From: Candidatus Vogelbacteria bacterium RIFOXYD1_FULL_51_18
Lineage (GTDB): Bacteria; Patescibacteriota; Minisyncoccia; Phycocordibacterales; UBA9988
NCBI GenBank assembly: GCA_001823095.1
Contig: MHTL01000014.1
Coordinates: 1,881 to 65,880 of the forward strand
Length of the DNA stretch: 64,000 nt
Reading direction: 5' to 3'
Shown piece after piece: positions 40,583 through 47,785 of the stretch (positions are counted from its first letter, which is position 1; the number at the start of each line of letters is the position of its first letter). The translations under genes and the position numbers were made by a program. The notes beneath the pieces are model-generated. The model saw nothing but the letters and a program-made list of their open reading frames with translations, did no database searches and was not told the origin of the DNA.

Positions 40583-41026
40583 TTAGCGTCTAACCTTATC
40601 GGTTTCAAGATGGTTTTCTGTTATGGCCACAACATAGAAAGTTCGTTCTGGCTCAATATCAAAATAGAATATCCGTGCTCTTTGTTGTAGTTTTATTTCC
40701 TTGAGTTCAATGCCTTCAGCAATGCCCCTGTATAGCTTTTTGTATTCGCTATCGTATCTCATAGGTATTCGGTCCACATAGTTTCTTTGAAAATCGGCCT
40801 CGGGGCGGATTTTTGTTCCTATGGTTTTGAGAGTTTCTATGGCCCTTTTTGCTTTGTTGCCGCCGAGCTCTGAAATCTCGCACATTCTTTCGTTGTATTT
40901 TGCAAAAGAGATTACATAAGGAATTGCCTCAGGTGCTTCTGTGTCCTGAGGCAATTCTTGAGCGATTTGAGAAAGTTTGTCTATTTCATCACTTGGCTCT
41001 GTGGCTTGTTTTGGAATGTCGGTCAT
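40583..41026 (-). CDS. uncharacterised 147-aa protein, candidate toxin partner of the Panacea-domain antitoxin (weak RelE/HigB-like C-terminus)
   Basis: ATGA overlap with the upstream Panacea gene. C-terminal YRGIAEGIELKEIKLQQRARIFYFDIEPERTFYVVAITENH resembles the RelE/ParE/HigB (Gp49-like) beta-strand core; acidic N-terminal 50 aa. Confidence 0.5.
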   Translation of the reverse strand: MTDIPKQATEPSDEIDKLSQIAQELPQDTEAPEAIPYVISFAKYNERMCEISELGGNKAKRAIETLKTIGTKIRPEADFQRNYVDRIPMRYDSEYKKLYRGIAEGIELKEIKLQQRARIFYFDIEPERTFYVVAITENHLETDKVRR

Positions 41027-41526
41027 TTGTGCTTCTTGGCCTCTTCCAATTTTTCAGAGTAGTAATTTTTCATTGATTCAAGGGATATTTCGTTTTCTGA
41101 GTTTTCATAATGCTGAAGGCCCTTTCGTGCTTCTCGCCACGGCTCTTCTGAGTGCGTGAGCATTTCCAAATAACCAGCATCAAGTTTTCCGTATGCGTTC
41201 CATACGGTATCAATAAGTTCTTTTGACTTGCCCGAAATGTTAAGCGTGTCTGATTTTATCTCTTCCTGTATCGGTTCAAATCCGAACTTTTTATATAGCA
41301 CATACAAACTGCGAACTGCTGGCCCGTGCACCCACGCTTCAATCGGCTCACTGAAGAGTTTTTTGTTATTCAATACCAAAGACCAGGCCTGTGCGTAATA
41401 GACCAGTTTTTGGAGTTTTTTATTCGTTATCGGCTCTTTTTCTTGGCTGGCGAGATATAAGAAATATCGGCCTACATCCCGTGCCTTTAAGGTTTTTTGA
41501 GAGTGTAAGGCCATAGGTATTTTCAT
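41023..41526 (-). CDS. Panacea-domain (DUF4065, SocA/PanA-like) antitoxin
   Basis: NKKLQKLVYYAQAWSLVLNNKKLFSEPIEAWVHGPAVRSLYVLY matches the Panacea core, and the N-terminal DVGRYFLYL matches the family leader. Confidence 0.75.
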   Translation of the reverse strand: MKIPMALHSQKTLKARDVGRYFLYLASQEKEPITNKKLQKLVYYAQAWSLVLNNKKLFSEPIEAWVHGPAVRSLYVLYKKFGFEPIQEEIKSDTLNISGKSKELIDTVWNAYGKLDAGYLEMLTHSEEPWREARKGLQHYENSENEISLESMKNYYSEKLEEAKKHK

Positions 41527-41537
41527 AGTAGCAATTC

Positions 41538-41555
41538 TGTAAACAGTTGTAAACA
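41538..41555 (-). promoter_or_regulatory. direct-repeat operator-like element TGTTTACA-ac-TGTTTACA (minus-strand sense) upstream of the Panacea gene
   Basis: Two 8-mers at 10-bp spacing, 12 nt upstream of the proposed ATG, in an AT-rich 110-bp gap after abiEii. Confidence 0.4.
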
Positions 41556-41638
41556 GACAGGAAGATGTTGATATTTCTGGCCGAGCGTGTAAACTAAAGT
41601 AAAGTATGAAAGAAGTAATGATGGATAGACTCATAATT

Positions 41639-42931
41639 TTATTTTAACAAGTCATCAAAGTCGTGTCTGATTAGATCTTCTTTCCGAAGAACGATCTGTT
41701 CCTTCTGATTCAGGTTGTCAGCGGATACACGGATAAGTTTTGTCATCAGGGTGTCACCAACAAGTTCATAGTTAATTTTCTTCAAATAGGCCTCGATTTT
41801 TTCGTAAAATAGAGAGGCGTATTCTTTCTGCTTTTTCTCTGATGTCGGTCTACTGCTAGAACCATTTGCTGAAAACTCGATGCTGTCACTCACTACGTTG
41901 TTGATTGGAAACGAAACCTCGATGTCTTTGAAAAGAAACCAGTACTCGCTCAAGTTATATATAATGCGCACGTGGTCGCCCTCTTTCGTGCTGTACTCAA
42001 AAATGAAAGAGAACACATCAGTCCGGAAGTCCTCGAACACTCGCACTCTTTCGTATTTTGATACGGTTCTGATTTTATATTTATCGCGTAGCTGAAAGAA
42101 AGTGTCGCGCCAGTTCGCAAGCCAGTTAGTGACGAAACGAGGGTCAAGAAAGAGCGGTGAGAGGTCATTTTTGAGATTTTCTTCGCTTACGTTGTTCATT
42201 TTTACCGCAAGTTTTGTGAACAGTGTCCGATAATCTTTTGCTTCTTCCACATTCTTTGCTTTGAGATAGTCAAGGTCGGGTACGATTTTCTTACTCATGT
42301 ACCAAAGTAAATCGTAGATGTCGCGCCCTTTTTCTTCATACACCGCCTCGCCGACGCCACGCGTTCCGCGAAGGAAAATTGCAGCGATTTTGCTCGCCAT
42401 AAGAGAAGAGAGGTTGTATGTCCGGATTACGAATGACAACTGTCCATGATTCTGCGGTATTCTTTCCGTAACAACGCCGCCGGGCGGTGCAAACTGATTA
42501 CAATCAACTTTCACATGAATCCATTCGGAAGCGTAGCCCTCAATCAAACTGCCAGCTCGGAATTTAAGCGTTATGCCTCGATTGTTCGTGATAGAGATTT
42601 TCAAAAATTCCGCGTCAACTCCATAGACTTTTGCGAAATGCTTTTCTGCCTCTTCTTTGAATTCGTTGAGAAAGTCGCTGTCAACCTTGTGGCTTACCTC
42701 AAAATCCAAATCAACGGACATTCGGTCGAGGTCATAGCAGATGCGAAGCGCTGAGCCGCCATACATTATCCATTTGTTATATTCCGGATGATGATAAGTG
42801 AAATCGAGGACATAGAACTGCAACTCCTCTTTAAGAACGTTGAGGCGCGTCTCGGGATCGGAAATGCTAACGCCATAGGTCGAAAGGCCATCAAGTTTGC
42901 TTTTCAGGACTGTTAGTATCTGATCACTCAT
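41639..42931 (-). CDS. abiEii: AbiEii/AbiGii-family nucleotidyltransferase toxin (DUF1814)
   Basis: IMYGGSALRICYDLDRMSVDLDFEVS matches the AbiEii NTase motif (GGTAL...R.SEDLDF); 430 aa. Confidence 0.85.
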   Translation of the reverse strand: MSDQILTVLKSKLDGLSTYGVSISDPETRLNVLKEELQFYVLDFTYHHPEYNKWIMYGGSALRICYDLDRMSVDLDFEVSHKVDSDFLNEFKEEAEKHFAKVYGVDAEFLKISITNNRGITLKFRAGSLIEGYASEWIHVKVDCNQFAPPGGVVTERIPQNHGQLSFVIRTYNLSSLMASKIAAIFLRGTRGVGEAVYEEKGRDIYDLLWYMSKKIVPDLDYLKAKNVEEAKDYRTLFTKLAVKMNNVSEENLKNDLSPLFLDPRFVTNWLANWRDTFFQLRDKYKIRTVSKYERVRVFEDFRTDVFSFIFEYSTKEGDHVRIIYNLSEYWFLFKDIEVSFPINNVVSDSIEFSANGSSSRPTSEKKQKEYASLFYEKIEAYLKKINYELVGDTLMTKLIRVSADNLNQKEQIVLRKEDLIRHDFDDLLK

Positions 42932-43541
42932 GGAGATATGTTTTTACTTTTTCATAAAATTTCTTCCGCTCCTCCTCGTCCATCTCATCAATATCTATCC
43001 GCAATTCTTTTACCATCTTTGTAATATCTTCAAACCGGACGCTTCGAAACTGATGCGTTCTGAAGTACAGCAAGTCGAATAGTGCTTTTGATGGAGAAGC
43101 AATAAAAAAATCAAATTTTCCTTTCACAAGAGAGTAATCCGAAAAGAGATTCTTATTGATTGACTGGTATGAAAAAGTCCCCGCCTTCGTTTCATAATCC
43201 CGTGTGATTTTCGGTGTAACCGACGTGATAGAGCGTATCGCTTCAGTGGCGAGATTATAATACTGGAGCGCAGTCCACGAGCTTACGTAGGAAGGCGTAC
43301 GGAGAATGTTTGCAAGGTAGAAAGAATACGAGATATCGCTTTTATTATCTGCAAAAAAATCGGCGGTAATATACAAGCCATTTTTCAGCGGCAAAATCTC
43401 TTTGCGCTTCAAAAAACGGCTGATGTATGTATTTACCGTACTATTTTTCAGCCCCAACTGACTACCAAGCTGGTATACTGTACTTTTGGTGAAATGGGGC
43501 AAACTATTAAGCTGTTCCAACAGATTTTTCTTGCTTTTCAT
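42924..43541 (-). CDS. abiEi: AbiEi-family antitoxin/transcriptional regulator (wHTH N-domain)
   Basis: N-terminal wHTH (TVYQLGSQLGLKNSTVNTYISRFLKRKEILPLKNGLYI); 8-nt overlap with abiEii. Confidence 0.8.
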   Translation of the reverse strand: MKSKKNLLEQLNSLPHFTKSTVYQLGSQLGLKNSTVNTYISRFLKRKEILPLKNGLYITADFFADNKSDISYSFYLANILRTPSYVSSWTALQYYNLATEAIRSITSVTPKITRDYETKAGTFSYQSINKNLFSDYSLVKGKFDFFIASPSKALFDLLYFRTHQFRSVRFEDITKMVKELRIDIDEMDEEERKKFYEKVKTYLHE

Positions 43542-44061
43542 AACTATGACAATAGTGTATCATATATGAAATGAGCAGTCAAAAGCTCATATAGCCCGCC
43601 CCGCCTTTTTGCCACCCCATTCCAATTCAAATCCCCCCCGCGAAAAAAATAAGAATGGAGAAGGGGCAAAAGGCGAGGGCGGAACGCCGAGGCTCTGCGA
43701 GGCGTTGGGCGGAATGGTTAGAGTCACCACAGAGTCCGAGCGTACGATTCAATCAGAAGCCACCACGCACGCGGAGCGTGCGATTAGTCATCAGTCGGAT
43801 TATTGCGAAAATATGTTCGAACTTTTTCTAACAAACACAGCAAACTTAGATACCCTTCGGAATTTTTGGAACCGAGGGGCGCGCTTCGCGCGCTGTATGG
43901 AAAATCGGCGAGGAGGGCAAAGGATTTTTTCGGAGTGGCAAAAAGCGCGCTTCGCGCGCAGGTGGGGGTTCCATGATGAGTACATCATTCAAAACAAAGT
44001 TTTGCGAGCCGACGGGCGGCAATTTCAAAGCGATTGAGAGCATAGCTTTCCCTTTTTCTAT

Positions 44062-45435
44062 ATGAATAAATTCTTTCTCTACGCGCGAAAATCTACCGAC
44101 GAGCCGGACAGGCAGATTTTGTCTATCGAAGCGCAGATACACGAGTTGAAAGAATTTGCAGAGCGAGAGCATTTGGAGATCGTGGACACTTTTATCGAGT
44201 CGCAAACGGCGAAGGAGCCGGGGCGACCTATTTTTAATCAAATGCTCTCGCTTATTGAAAAAGGGAAAGCCAATGGAGTTGTGGCGTGGCACCCAGATCG
44301 TCTCGCGCGCAACAGCGTTGATGGTGGGCGTATTATCTACCTTATTGACATCGCTAAGGTGGTTGCGCTCAAATTTCCGACTTTTTGGTTTGAACCCACG
44401 CCACAAGGCAAATTTATGCTCTCAATCGCTTTCGGGCAGAGCAAATACTATGTTGATAATCTTTCAGAGAATGTGAAGCGCGGTTTGCGACAGAAAGTGC
44501 GCCGTGGCGAGCAAAGCGGACAAGCGCCGACCGGATATTTGAATGATAAAGCGAATCGTGTGATCGTACCCGATCCGGCGCGCTTTAAGTTTGTCCGCGA
44601 ATTGTTCGAAGCATACGCCACGGGTTCACATTCTCTGAAAGAAACTGGGAATTTGCTCTCTGCCCGAGGCTTGGTTAGTCGGAACGGCAATGTGCTTACC
44701 ATTTCGAATATTCAAATGATTTTGCGTAATCCGTTTTACTACGGGGCGTTTAAGTTCAATGGCGAGGAGTATCAAGGTAAGCACAAGCCAGCGATAACAA
44801 AGAAACTTTTTGATCAGTGCCAAGCGGTGATGGCGCGAAAAGCGCACCCCACTAAGCGAGGCGAGCAAAAGCATATTCTTCGCGGAGTTTTTTCGTGCGC
44901 AGAGTGCGGTTGCGGTATCACAAGCGAAGTGCAGAAAGGTCATGTGTATTATCGGTGCACGAAAAAGAAAGGTATCTGCGCACAACCCTATGTCCGCGAA
45001 GAGTTGCTCGCCTCGCAAATCACCGAGTATCTGCAAAAAGTTTCTTTGTCTTCGGCGTGGGCAAATGAGATGCTTGCTCTCTTGGAGAAGGAGCAAGCAG
45101 AAACTACCCACGCCGATGCCGATTTCGTTCAAAATCTAAAGCTCAAAATTAAGGAGTGCGAGGAGAAGCTTGACCGGCTTCTTGACGCGCATCTTGAGCA
45201 AACGCTATCGAGCGAAGAATATGTCGCCAAGAAGCGCGTTCTCCTCGACTCTAAAATTGATTTTGAGCAGAAGTTGAAGGATTTTGAGCGAAACGGCAAT
45301 CATTGGCTCGAACCGGCCCGACAATTCGTTTTAGCGGCTCAACAAGCCAAAATTATCGCTTTGCAAGAAAATCCCGTCGCGGGACGGGATTTTCTCAAAA
45401 GAATTGGCTCGAACCACGTCGACAATTCGTTTTAG
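44062..45435 (+). CDS. large serine recombinase (resolvase catalytic domain + recombinase domain + zinc ribbon); C-terminus apparently frameshifted by a 101-bp tandem duplication
   Basis: Catalytic YARKSTDEPDRQILSIEAQ (Ser nucleophile) and a zinc ribbon CAECGCG...YYRC. The alternate frame 45303-45644 re-encodes the same peptide and continues to the tRNA. Confidence 0.9.
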   Translation: MNKFFLYARKSTDEPDRQILSIEAQIHELKEFAEREHLEIVDTFIESQTAKEPGRPIFNQMLSLIEKGKANGVVAWHPDRLARNSVDGGRIIYLIDIAKVVALKFPTFWFEPTPQGKFMLSIAFGQSKYYVDNLSENVKRGLRQKVRRGEQSGQAPTGYLNDKANRVIVPDPARFKFVRELFEAYATGSHSLKETGNLLSARGLVSRNGNVLTISNIQMILRNPFYYGAFKFNGEEYQGKHKPAITKKLFDQCQAVMARKAHPTKRGEQKHILRGVFSCAECGCGITSEVQKGHVYYRCTKKKGICAQPYVREELLASQITEYLQKVSLSSAWANEMLALLEKEQAETTHADADFVQNLKLKIKECEEKLDRLLDAHLEQTLSSEEYVAKKRVLLDSKIDFEQKLKDFERNGNHWLEPARQFVLAAQQAKIIALQENPVAGRDFLKRIGSNHVDNSF

Positions 45436-45520
45436 CGGCTCAACAAGCCAAAATTATCGCTTTGCAAGAAAATCCCGTCGCGGGACGGGATTTTCTCAAA
45501 AGAATTGGCTCGAACCACGT
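45302..45520. repeat. 101-bp tandem direct repeat, 2 full copies plus a 17-nt third copy, each starting ATTGGCTCGAACC
   Basis: Units at 45302-45402 and 45403-45503 are identical apart from a 6-nt patch (ggcccg vs acgtcg); partial unit at 45504-45520. Confidence 0.9.
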
Positions 45521-45629
45521 TTTGCGCTCGCAAGCGATTTGCTTTGAACCTAAAAAGTCGTGGAAAATTCTTGCCGATTTGCCCGCCGAGGGGCGAAGCC
45601 CCGAGGCGGAGAACTCGTATCATCCTATT

Positions 45630-45705
45630 TGGCTCCGCGGCTAGGGCTCGAACCTAGGACATCCTCGTTAACAGCGAGGCGCTCTACCAACTGAGCTACC
45701 GCGGA
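45630..45705 (-). tRNA. tRNA-Asn (anticodon GTT), CCA encoded
   Basis: Reverse complement reads TCCGCGG-TA-GCTC-AGTTGGT-AGAGC-G-CCTCG-CTGTTAA-CGAGG-ATGTC-CTAGG-TTCGAGC-CCTAG-CCGCGGA-G-CCA, a clean cloverleaf. Confidence 0.85.
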
Positions 45706-45756
45706 ATATATTTTTCCGCGGTAGCTCAGTACTGAGCCCTGCCTGTCGGCAGGCAG
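45690..45756. repeat. inverted copy of the first 16 nt of tRNA-Asn (TCCGCGGTAGCTCAGT) 9 nt beyond the tRNA 5' end, followed by a ctgcctg/caggcag hairpin
   Basis: 45690-45705 (tRNA 5' end, minus) and 45715-45730 (plus) are exact reverse complements. Confidence 0.7.
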
Positions 45757-45838
45757 ATACCGCAGAATATCGTTCTTAAAGAACCGAACTAAATGGTATC
45801 AAATTTCTCTAATTCGCGCGAATAAGCGAATAGTATAT

Positions 45839-46513
45839 ATGGAGCGGCAACGGTGCTACAATGAGGAAATGTTTGAACCTAGCCAATGGACTACCTTTGC
45901 CAATCTTGTGCTCCAGCATCGGAATCCACGCGCCGAAGCAATCTTTGTCCACGCCTGGGGCGATCTGCATGATGAGCTCATCACCCTCACCGGCAAGTGC
46001 TATCATAGCTCTCGGCCACGGATGCTTATCCTCAACGCCCATGAGCACTATGAAATCGGCGGCCTCGGCATTGGGTACTGGCGCTCGGCGCTTATGGAGC
46101 GCTCCGGAATCCCTGCGGGAGCGATCCGCACCATCCCGCCAGCCGACCACACCGGCGCTGAAGCCGAAGCGCTGATGGAATATGCCAAGCAGGGAAAGCT
46201 CGCGTCTATTATTGTTATCTCGCACCCCGTGCATCTGGTCCGTGCCATGCTTACCCAGATTGGCGCCATGCACAAGCACGGATTGGACCTCACGCTCTAC
46301 CCGCAAACTCTCTCTCTTGTTGCATGGGATGAGGTGGTGGAGATTAGATCTTTGGCCAGCGAGGGGACCGAAACCACGCGGCGCATCGCCCGTGTATACG
46401 GGGAATGCGCACGCATTATGCAGTACAACCAGAAGCGGGGAAGCGGCGACGAGAGCTTTCCCATTGCCTCCATCAGCGAGGGCATTGAGTATTTTAAGAG
46501 CAAAGGCATATGA
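45839..46513 (+). CDS. DUF218 (YdcF/SanA/ElyC-like) domain protein
   Basis: [10 protein letters not shown]...[16 protein letters not shown]...[23 protein letters not shown]...[13 protein letters not shown] fits the DUF218 Rossmann-like pattern; the antisense ORF 45809-46546 is treated as a shadow. Confidence 0.6.
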   Translation: MERQRCYNEEMFEPSQWTTFANLVLQHRNPRAEAIFVHAWGDLHDELITLTGKCYHSSRPRMLILNAHEHYEIGGLGIGYWRSALMERSGIPAGAIRTIPPADHTGAEAEALMEYAKQGKLASIIVISHPVHLVRAMLTQIGAMHKHGLDLTLYPQTLSLVAWDEVVEIRSLASEGTETTRRIARVYGECARIMQYNQKRGSGDESFPIASISEGIEYFKSKGI

Positions 46514-47085
46514 AGATATTCTCGCAATCAGTAAAAGCGCATGCACTGGCCGCGGCGCTCGTATTTGCCATCGCTGCAGGGGCGGAGCTCTGGCTTGGGC
46601 GCATCCTTATCTGCGAGTGTGGGTACATCAGCCCCTGGTACGGCAACACCAACGGCCCCGGCAACTCGCAGCATCTTGCCGACTGGTACAGTTTCTCACA
46701 CATCATCCACGGCTTTCTCTTTTACGGCTTCCTTCATCTTGTAGCACGAAAACTTCCCGTGCAAACGCGGCTGGTGCTCGCGCTCATCATTGAGGCCGTC
46801 TGGGAGGTGCTGGAGAACTCGCCGATTATCATCAACCGCTACCGCGCGGCGACCATCGCGCTGGATTATGTGGGCGACAGCGTGATTAACTCTATGATGG
46901 ACATCGCCTTTACCGCGCTCGGCTTCTGGGTCGCGCGCAAAATTAAGCTCTGGCACAGCGTGGCGCTGATTATTCTCATGGAGGGTTTTGTGGGCTATGT
47001 GGTGCGCGACAACCTCACCTTAAACATCATCATGCTGATTTACCCGAGTGAGGCAATTAAAACATGGCAGATGGGCGCGCCCTGA
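46510..47085 (+). CDS. hypothetical polytopic membrane protein (DUF2585/UPF0314-like)
   Basis: ATGA overlap with the upstream gene; 4-5 TM helices. Confidence 0.5.
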   Translation: MKIFSQSVKAHALAAALVFAIAAGAELWLGRILICECGYISPWYGNTNGPGNSQHLADWYSFSHIIHGFLFYGFLHLVARKLPVQTRLVLALIIEAVWEVLENSPIIINRYRAATIALDYVGDSVINSMMDIAFTALGFWVARKIKLWHSVALIILMEGFVGYVVRDNLTLNIIMLIYPSEAIKTWQMGAP

Positions 47086-47142
47086 TTTGCTATACTACGA
47101 CCAAGGTCGAATTACTGGCAAATTTGCAGAATATTTCACCCT

Positions 47143-47682
47143 GTGAGACGGAATCTCCCGCTCTCATTCTATCGCCGTGATGCAGTCATCATAGCCGAGG
47201 AGTTGCTTGGCAAGTTTCTCGTGGGGAATCGAGGCGCGGAGAGCGCCGCGCGGCGCATTATTGATGTGGAAGTCTACGACGGGCCGGAGGACCTCGCCTC
47301 GCATGCCTCGCGCGGACGGACACCACGCACCGAGGTTATGTTCAGAAAGGGTGGCGTTTGGTACGTCTACCTGGTGTACGGGATGCACCAGCTCCTTAAT
47401 GTTGTAACTGGGCCGGAAGGTTACCCTGCCGCTATTCTCATTCGTGGCGTGGAGGGCGCAGAGGGCCCGGGGAGGGTGGGGAAGCTCTTTGGGGTGGAAA
47501 AAGCTCTCTATGGAGCTCCTGCGGCTCGCAAGAGCGGCCTCTGGGTTGAGGACCGAGGAATTGCCGTCCCCAAGGATTCCGTCACGCGCCTGCCCCGCGT
47601 GGGTGTGGCCTACGCAGGCGCATGGGCGCAGAAACCACTGCGTTTTGTCTGCTGTCGGCTGCACAAAAAAATACTACATTAA
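47143..47682 (+). CDS. mpg: DNA-3-methyladenine glycosylase (AAG/Mpg family)
   Basis: FYRRDAVIIAEELLGKFLV...RIIDVEVYDGPEDLASHASRGRTPRTEVMF...YVYLVYGMHQLLNVV is the Mpg signature. Confidence 0.85.
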   Translation: MRRNLPLSFYRRDAVIIAEELLGKFLVGNRGAESAARRIIDVEVYDGPEDLASHASRGRTPRTEVMFRKGGVWYVYLVYGMHQLLNVVTGPEGYPAAILIRGVEGAEGPGRVGKLFGVEKALYGAPAARKSGLWVEDRGIAVPKDSVTRLPRVGVAYAGAWAQKPLRFVCCRLHKKILH

Positions 47683-47736
47683 CATATTTGACAGAGAAGA
47701 GCTCTGGGACTCACTTAATTTTTTGTACAGAACAAA

Positions 47737-47778
47737 AATCATCACATCCTATCACGATCGTGATAGGATGTGATGATT
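47737..47778. repeat. 42-nt perfect palindrome aatcatcacatcctaTCACGATCGTGAtaggatgtgatgatt (TCACGATCGTGA-core hairpin family), 8 nt upstream of the pyrD-like ORF start
   Basis: Exact self-complement. Confidence 0.85.
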
Positions 47779-47785
47779 TGTAACA

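Noticed and set aside
43609-44037. 142-aa ORF in the abiEi-recombinase intergenic region
   Set aside because: Low-complexity translation (poly-basic/GE-rich), no RBS context, lies in a repeat-containing regulatory gap; treated as non-coding.
45303-45644. 113-aa ORF as an independent gene
   Set aside because: It is the frameshifted continuation of the serine recombinase created by the 101-bp duplication, not a separate gene.
45809-46546. 245-aa minus-strand ORF opposite the DUF218 gene
   Set aside because: The plus-strand ORF (45839-46513) carries a recognisable DUF218-like pattern and its stop overlaps the next gene's start (ATGA). The minus ORF has no motif and is taken as a shadow.
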